Assembly: GCA_018985225.1 (NCBI GenBank)
Contig: JADGIF010000637.1
Span: 1-5,666, forward strand
Source: Amoeboradix gromovi X-113
Taxonomy: Eukaryota > Fungi > Sanchytriomycota
Direction: 5' to 3'
Length of the DNA: 5,666 nucleotides
In this document: positions 1-5,479 of the stretch, piece by piece
Position numbering within the stretch: the stretch's first letter is position 1
How the letters are laid out: every line of letters starts with the position of its first letter
Notes under the pieces: generated by a model
Told to the model about the DNA's origin: nothing
Seen by the model: only the letters and a program-made list of their open reading frames with translations
Database searches by the model: none
Program-made: the position numbers and the translations under genes

Positions 1-2
1 TT

Positions 3-626
3 AAAATACATACAGTAAGAAATAACGCTTTGGAAATGGATTTTATACCATTTAACCTGCATCATGTTATAGGGTTGAAGATGCCAGCAGACTTTACTTT
101 GCTGATAGCACGTCAGATAGCTAGCGGGTTGAGCTATATTCATAGTATGGATATAAAACATCATGATTTAAAACCCGAAAATGTGATGATAGACAATGGA
201 TGTGTAAAACTAATAGACTTCCCATCTTTGCAATCCACAATAAATTACATGTCACCTGAGGAATGTTTTGGAGGCTCCATTACTGCTGAGCAAGACATAT
301 GGAGTTTGGGATGCATCATTTATGAAATGGCAAATAATAAATCGTTGTTCAACGTTGACGGAGAGATTCCGCTTGTGTGCGAGATGTTTAAAATATTTGG
401 CACCCCCACGGCAATCACCTGGCCAACTTGGCAAGAATACCCAGATTACGGTAAGTTAATATTTTCTGAAATGCAAGGAGTTGGCATCGTGATCCCTAAA
501 GAATTAGAGATAACACATCAACTTCTGAAGTACTCAGACAGGCCTAAGGCATATGAAATAGTTTTAAAAATAAAGACGCAAAAGACCGAAAAAGAGCTAC
601 AGCAGTGGATTCATGAAAAAAGCTAG
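3..626 (+). CDS. Ser/Thr protein kinase, CMGC/CDK-like (CDK20/CCRK- or Csk1/Cak1-like), 5'-truncated by the window edge
   Basis: The frame is open from base 3 (KIHTVRNNALEMDF...), so the TTG at 30 is unlikely to be the real start. Catalytic loop HHDLKPEN (159-182), KLIDFP (D at 216), YMSPE, subdomain IX DIWSLGCIIYEM and CMGC insert IFGTPTAITWPTWQEYPDYGKLIF, which resembles the CDK20/Csk1-type WP..LPD[YW].K..F segment. Stop TAG at 624-626. Confidence 0.9.
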   Translation, partial: KIHTVRNNALEMDFIPFNLHHVIGLKMPADFTLLIARQIASGLSYIHSMDIKHHDLKPENVMIDNGCVKLIDFPSLQSTINYMSPEECFGGSITAEQDIWSLGCIIYEMANNKSLFNVDGEIPLVCEMFKIFGTPTAITWPTWQEYPDYGKLIFSEMQGVGIVIPKELEITHQLLKYSDRPKAYEIVLKIKTQKTEKELQQWIHEKS

Positions 627-632
627 ATGAAA

Positions 633-697
633 TTGATTGGTGGAGGTACCATTTGAGTAAAAAATTTTAATAACTTTAATAGTGCAATTTGATTGGT
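633..697 (-). promoter_or_regulatory. Two identical reverse-orientation CCAAT boxes upstream of the Tea4/Bud14-like gene
   Basis: TTGATTGGT occurs at 633-641 and 689-697 (ACCAATCAA on the minus strand) in a 145-bp intergenic region and matches the NF-Y/Hap CCAATCA core. Confidence 0.4.
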
Positions 698-771
698 ACA
701 CAGTGATTCGTTTGTTTATTAATAGTCGCTTGAAATATGAACCAAACCTTTGTCTCCCATTTTTTTGAGCA

Positions 772-2787
772 ATGAGTGATAGTGACAGTGATTTTATACA
801 AGAAGAGAAAGACTTTTCGTTAGTTCATGCTTTGCAAACATTCAAGGCTACTGTCGACTCCCAAATAGATGTAATCAAAAACGAACCATTGTTATTATTA
901 GACGATAGTAACAACTACTGGTGGCTAGTTAAACCACTTTCTAGCAACCAAATAGGGTATATTCCTGCAGAAATTGTGGAAACGCCATCTGAAAGACTAG
1001 CACGTGTGAACCGTCACCGTAATTTGCAATTGAGTGAATTTAAAGAAAAAGACGACTATGTTGGTAAGCTTGGAGACACCAATAAGAATGTGAGCTTCTC
1101 AGAGAGAGTTATAGATAATAATGGACTTGTTGCTAAGCTTGAAGATGACAAGAGGATATCTGACCTTTCAGACCAATTCTTAAGGCCAAACAGCACCTAT
1201 GTTCAAAGCAGCGAGGAAGATACTGACGAAATGAGCGATGACTTGATAGAAGATGAGATAATGGAAGAGCATGATATCATAGATGACGAGGACGACGATG
1301 ATGATGAATCTTTAATAGAAATACAGTCTGAAATGGCAAAAGAGGTCAATCAGCAACCTGCCTTTTTAGAAGCAGTTGGTTCTACACCAGAGGAGGAGCT
1401 TTCCTTAGAAGAGAAGCCTCAAGTTATCCGAAACAATCCCACCTTGGCGAAACTTGAAGGCAAAACCAGGCCCCCAGTCGCTAATAACTTTCCAAAATCA
1501 ACAAAGGTTACAGCCATACGTATCTATCAAGGAAAACTATCAAGGACTCAGGATTTATCTCAGTTCAAGACTGTGGCAGCAACGGATGCTACCACAGTGG
1601 GTGAACTTCTAAAGCAAGCGGCGATGAAGTTCAAACTTATTGGCAAGCTTAATAAATCTGGCCTAGATATCGATAAGAGAGCCTCAGTTGAAGATATGTT
1701 GGGCCCTTTTTATTTGAGCTTGAAGTCAAATAAAGAAGAGCGTGATCTACAGAATTCCGAATCAATAATCCAGGTATTAAGTAATTTAAATGTTAAAATG
1801 GACAAGCGAAGATCATTATTCTCTAAAAGCGATGATCAGGTTGAAGTATCTACACTACAGGAGGAAGTTAAAGTATTTATAAACGAAGAATCAGAGGATT
1901 CTCCTTCTGCAGAGGCTAAAATAGAACAGAGGCAGACTGTGGAACTTGGCAGACCGATGTCGGCTGCAGAACTGTCTTTCAATGTTAGAGCAACTAATCC
2001 GCAGCGACCTGTATCCTCATTTCAGCATCCAATTGAGAAATTGAAGGCGGAGAAGAAAAGGACCACCATCGGAGTCGAACAGCCTTCTAAACATGACACA
2101 TACTACAATTCTATGGATAATTGGATACTCGCTCGCATGGTTCTCAATACCGAGAGCAAACTGTCAAAAATTGTCAAGGTACCACTTTCAGTGAAATTTG
2201 GGGACTTATTACAGAGTACCATCAGAAAAATATCGAGTAAAAATGGGATAAATAATATAGCGTTTGATAGGGCATACATACAGGGCAAAGAAGACCAAAT
2301 TATTGTAACTGATTCTATAAGTGACCTCTTGGCAGCTAATTGTATAAAAATGAATGGAAGAGATCCTGCAATTCCTATAAACATAAACGTCCTTGTTAGA
2401 ATGGTAGCAGATTCTAATATGGCTGCTGAAATTACTCGAAAAAGGGCCACGATAGCCTCTGAATTGCCACTAGACGATTTGATCAACAGTTACGGAATAG
2501 AGACCATAGACAGCCCTGCAATTGAGATAGATGTTAGAGATTTGAAATCCCGTCCATACACCCCGCCACCAAATCGGGTGCTGCCTACCCCATCTCCAAC
2601 TAAGATACTCCAGACACCTGGAAAATCAGATAGGAAACCAATAATAGCACACGAATTAATTAATACAGCAAATTTAGCTGCTATAGCAACTTCTAATGAT
2701 TCACTGATAACCATTGCTGACGATATTAAAGGAATCAGCTCGTTTGATGATTTTATCACTGCCTTGTCCAGTGAAAATGAATTCTAA
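772..2787 (+). CDS. tea4: Tea4/Bud14 (TeaC)-like SH3-domain cell-polarity scaffold and PP1 regulatory protein
   Basis: N-terminal SH3 (VHALQTF...LLDDSNNYWWLVK...IGYIPAEIVE) directly followed by ETPSERLARVNRHRN, the extension I recognise in Tea4/Bud14. RVxF-type PP1 motif KNVSF (aa 105-109, nt 1084-1098), an acidic tract, an RA-like domain starting AIRIYQG...FKTV (about 1513-1884) and a Pro-rich tail. Uninterrupted 671-aa ORF. Confidence 0.85.
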   Translation: MSDSDSDFIQEEKDFSLVHALQTFKATVDSQIDVIKNEPLLLLDDSNNYWWLVKPLSSNQIGYIPAEIVETPSERLARVNRHRNLQLSEFKEKDDYVGKLGDTNKNVSFSERVIDNNGLVAKLEDDKRISDLSDQFLRPNSTYVQSSEEDTDEMSDDLIEDEIMEEHDIIDDEDDDDDESLIEIQSEMAKEVNQQPAFLEAVGSTPEEELSLEEKPQVIRNNPTLAKLEGKTRPPVANNFPKSTKVTAIRIYQGKLSRTQDLSQFKTVAATDATTVGELLKQAAMKFKLIGKLNKSGLDIDKRASVEDMLGPFYLSLKSNKEERDLQNSESIIQVLSNLNVKMDKRRSLFSKSDDQVEVSTLQEEVKVFINEESEDSPSAEAKIEQRQTVELGRPMSAAELSFNVRATNPQRPVSSFQHPIEKLKAEKKRTTIGVEQPSKHDTYYNSMDNWILARMVLNTESKLSKIVKVPLSVKFGDLLQSTIRKISSKNGINNIAFDRAYIQGKEDQIIVTDSISDLLAANCIKMNGRDPAIPININVLVRMVADSNMAAEITRKRATIASELPLDDLINSYGIETIDSPAIEIDVRDLKSRPYTPPPNRVLPTPSPTKILQTPGKSDRKPIIAHELINTANLAAIATSNDSLITIADDIKGISSFDDFITALSSENEF

Positions 2788-2790
2788 TTC

Positions 2791-2796
2791 AATAAA
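2791..2796 (+). terminator. Putative polyadenylation signal AATAAA
   Basis: Canonical hexamer 3 nt after the TAA stop (2785-2787) of the SH3 gene. Confidence 0.5.
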
Positions 2797-2852
2797 TTGT
2801 TTAAGTTAACATTGCCATGGTGCCTGGAATCTTGAACAGTTTTTGAATTGTC

Positions 2853-2868
2853 GAGGTCACATGATCTC
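2853..2868. promoter_or_regulatory. Dyad-symmetric element with E-box core upstream of the rhodopsin cyclase
   Basis: GAGGTCA-CA-TGATCTC has 6/7 matching inverted arms and contains GTCACATG, which fits the bHLH Cbf1-type consensus RTCACRTG. It lies about 80 bp before the ATG at 2947. Confidence 0.3.
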
Positions 2869-2946
2869 CGGCAAATTTCTATAGATGAAACACATTTACT
2901 TAAAACTCGAAAATTTGCATTTAACGCACAGGCCAAGAATTTTTGA

Positions 2947-4542
2947 ATGCCTACCAGCGAGTTGAAAAAAAGACAAGTTGGACAGTCAGAGCTTTTAAAG
3001 ACTGCTCAGTCGACAAAGGGAGAGAAGATAGGGCTTACAGTTGGAGAAGCAACAAAGCTTTTGAATGAAAGTTCATTAGCTGGATCAGCAAGTGTCAAGT
3101 TTGTATTCTTCAATTTCTTCAGTTACTTTGTTGCAACAGTAGCCCTGACAGTCTACCACGTAAACAATCCTTCAAAAACTGAATATTACAGATCAAATAC
3201 TCCGCAGTACTTCATGTACAATGCTGTTGCTTTCATACTAGGAATTATATTTGCAGTAATGGGGTTTTTGTCATCAGGAAATCCAGAAAAACGCAATTTG
3301 TCCCTAGTTCTTTTGATGGTCGATATCATATCGTTTACTTCTTACGTGTTGATGTCTTTCCAAATGACACCAAGTATAGACGGCGGTATTTGGGGACACC
3401 CGGTTGAACCTGCTAGATATCTCGAATGGATTTTTACTTGTCCCTCTCTTATTTTGATAATCTCTGAATTAACAAAGTCATTGCAAAGCCCAACTACTTC
3501 CTTGGTGTGTGACTATGTGATGATAGTATCAGGTTTCTTTGGGTCTATAATTGAATATCCATACAATGAATGGTGCCACTATGTATCTGTTTTCTGTTTT
3601 TCTCATGTATTATCTAGCTTGTACAGATTTTACACTGACGCGATCGACGAAAAGACAAATTGCAGCATTGACAAAACCACTTTACGAGTAATTAGATTTT
3701 CTACCTTGTTGACGTGGTCAGCTTTTCCTTTTGCTACTTTTCTTTTTCATGGTGATATAATTTCATTTCAAACCTCAGAAGCCTTGCTTTGTTTAGCAGA
3801 TGTCGGTGCAAAAGTATTCTTGACTTTAATTCTTATGAACACGACAATCGAGCAAGCTCAAAATGAGAGAGTGGATGAGATAACTGAAATCGCACTAGAC
3901 TTGGAAGAAAAAATGACTAATGCTGACAAAATCTTAAATTTAATGATGCCTGAAGATGTGCTGCAGGCCATTAAAGAAGGAAGATCTACTGAAGCTGAGG
4001 AATTTGAGGGAGTTACTGTCTTCTTCTCGGATATTGCAAATTATACTGTTCTGAGTTCGAGGAATACTCCAAAAGAAATGATGAAGACATTGAATTTGTT
4101 ATGGCAGGAATTTGATAAAATTGCAAAGAAATGGGGAATATATAAAGTTGAGACAATTGGCGATGCATTTCTAGGCGTTAGCGGTTGCCCCACCAAGGTT
4201 GGCGACCATGCAGACAGAGCTACTAACTTTTCTTTGGAAATCATGGAAATGATCAAGGTCTTCAAGACTTCTTTTGGCGAGTCGATTCATATTCGAGTTG
4301 GGTTAAACTCCGGACCAGTTACTGCAGGTATCTTGGGGGATCAAAATCCACATTATTGTTTGGTAGGGGATACTGTTAATACTGCATCGAGAATGGAATC
4401 TACGTCGAAACCTGATCATATTCACATTTCCGAGGACACTTATAAGCTAATTTCCAAGGGATTTAATTGCGAAGAAATGGAACCAATTCAAGTGAAAGGT
4501 AAAGGATTGATGAAGACCTATTGGGTAAACAGTAAGAAGTAA
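2947..4542 (+). CDS. gc1: Rhodopsin-guanylyl cyclase fusion (RhGC / CyclOp, BeGC1-like), light-activated guanylyl cyclase
   Basis: Eight hydrophobic segments (extra TM0 at aa ~50-71 plus 7TM type-1 rhodopsin). TM3 PARYLEWIFTCP (counterion E160, C165), TM4 D189, TM7 ADVGAKVF (D285, Schiff-base K289 at 3811-3813). Coiled-coil linker EQAQNERVDEITEIALDLEEKM. Class III cyclase with metal ligands D362 (FFSDI) and D406 (ETIGD), guanine-specifying E402 and C471 (HYCLVGD), NTASR (N478/R482) and VKGKG. Confidence 0.97.
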   Translation: MPTSELKKRQVGQSELLKTAQSTKGEKIGLTVGEATKLLNESSLAGSASVKFVFFNFFSYFVATVALTVYHVNNPSKTEYYRSNTPQYFMYNAVAFILGIIFAVMGFLSSGNPEKRNLSLVLLMVDIISFTSYVLMSFQMTPSIDGGIWGHPVEPARYLEWIFTCPSLILIISELTKSLQSPTTSLVCDYVMIVSGFFGSIIEYPYNEWCHYVSVFCFSHVLSSLYRFYTDAIDEKTNCSIDKTTLRVIRFSTLLTWSAFPFATFLFHGDIISFQTSEALLCLADVGAKVFLTLILMNTTIEQAQNERVDEITEIALDLEEKMTNADKILNLMMPEDVLQAIKEGRSTEAEEFEGVTVFFSDIANYTVLSSRNTPKEMMKTLNLLWQEFDKIAKKWGIYKVETIGDAFLGVSGCPTKVGDHADRATNFSLEIMEMIKVFKTSFGESIHIRVGLNSGPVTAGILGDQNPHYCLVGDTVNTASRMESTSKPDHIHISEDTYKLISKGFNCEEMEPIQVKGKGLMKTYWVNSKK

Positions 4543-4544
4543 AT

Positions 4545-4874
4545 CTATTTATTTTGCATTTGTTGTTTTTGCAGCTCAACAATTTGTTTTTCAAAATAAC
4601 CCTTTTTTTTCAACAAGGTCATGAAAGTCTCATCCAGCTCTTTAATATCAGTAGTGCACATACTCTTGACTTGCTCTTTGGTTTTGGGGATAAAAACCTT
4701 GCCGATACTGGAATACATTCTAGTATCATCGGGTAGTGCAATTATAGTCTTTTCTACAATTTGAGTCTTCTTTTTATGAGATGCAATATTTTTTAATTGG
4801 TTTTGAACAGTTTGCAGGCTTTGGGAGTTGGCCAACAAAAGGGATTGATTGTCGGTATTATTAGTGTTAGACAT
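4545..4874 (-). CDS. PFD1: Prefoldin beta-type subunit, most like subunit 1
   Basis: 109 aa: two coiled-coil helices flanking the beta-hairpin motif LPDDTRMYSSIGKVFI. The LLKKKGYFEKQ segment resembles PFDN1/Gim6. The beta-family call is firmer than the subunit number. Confidence 0.85.
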   Translation of the reverse strand: MSNTNNTDNQSLLLANSQSLQTVQNQLKNIASHKKKTQIVEKTIIALPDDTRMYSSIGKVFIPKTKEQVKSMCTTDIKELDETFMTLLKKKGYFEKQIVELQKQQMQNK

Positions 4875-5089
4875 ACTCTACAAAAACTAGACAACCTATT
4901 TAAAACAAGTTTCAAAAAAGTAGATCAATTTAAGTAGAAATGTCCCATATTTTATCATCTTTGCTATAGACAGCAACTATCTGTCACCAATTCCTCTTCC
5001 TATCAGTTGCCTCTTTCTCGACTGCGAAAAAAGAATTTCTAGGGCTCATTCGGATCTAGATCCACAATGACATCGTGGGTACATGAAAA

Positions 5090-5458
5090 TCATCTTGGAT
5101 CTCCATGAGATCGCCAAATTCTATTGTACTTGCGATCATCACCGCTGCAGCTAAAACAACCTTTAGATGTTTTAGACTCAAGAATAAGATATACCAGTGC
5201 CTCTGTACCAAATGCATACACTATTTTCTTGCCCGCAGTTCTGCAATATTCTTTTATGCTGCGCTTGTTAATGTCGTCAATATAATAAATCATTTTATTC
5301 TTATCTTTTTCATTGCAAATCATGTATTCTTTTTCAATCATTTCATATTTTAGCCAATGTCCTTTCATGCATAAGTTTAATGTACAGTAGATCAACTTTT
5401 CTGAGAGTTTGCTAGTGTTAATGACAATTTTATTATCAGTGTAATAGATTGATAACAT
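5090..5458 (-). other. Orphan ORF or decayed coding sequence (hypothetical)
   Basis: Open frame with first ATG at 5458 (MLSIYYTDNK...) and no recognisable domain. A possible 34-nt GT-AG intron (5194..5161, GTATAT...CTAAAG) would switch to a frame reading VVLAAAVMIASTIEFGDLMEIQDD... with its stop at 5056-5058. The gene model is uncertain. Confidence 0.3.
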
Positions 5459-5479
5459 CTGGGACACCAAATATAAAAA

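Noticed and set aside
30-32. TTG start of the kinase ORF
   Set aside because: The frame is open to the left edge and the kinase N-lobe is missing, so the true start is outside the window.
451-456. Perfect GTAAGT splice-donor match in the kinase
   Set aside because: The unspliced reading gives the family-like PDYGKLIF motif and continues to a plausible subdomain XI, so no intron is needed.
252-459. ORFs 252..434 (-) and 268..459 (+)
   Set aside because: Shadow frames inside the kinase CDS with no recognisable motifs.
1282-1308. GAY/GAR triplet run resembling a microsatellite
   Set aside because: It encodes the acidic tract DDEDDDDDE with mixed codons and is ordinary low complexity.
2103-2759. 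Antisense ORFs 2103..2486 and 2490..2759
   Set aside because: Antisense shadows of the Tea4-like CDS, Ile/Ser-rich with no domain signal.
2817-2965. Upstream ATGs at 2817, 2861 and 2885 as regulatory uORFs or extra exons of the cyclase
   Set aside because: All are short or out of frame and probably lie upstream of the transcription start. There is no support without transcript data.
3415-3813. NeoR-like near-infrared rhodopsin or an ion pump
   Set aside because: TM3 has E-x3-T-C and TM7 has D-x3-K as in BeGC1, without the extra NeoR carboxylates, and the cyclase fusion marks it as an enzyme rhodopsin.
4041-4736. ORFs 4041..4265 (-) and 4554..4736 (+)
   Set aside because: Antisense shadows of the cyclase and prefoldin genes.
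5105-5353. 82-aa plus-strand hydrophobic ORF
   Set aside because: Phe/Ile-rich composition is expected from the antisense of an A-rich frame, and it has no family motif.
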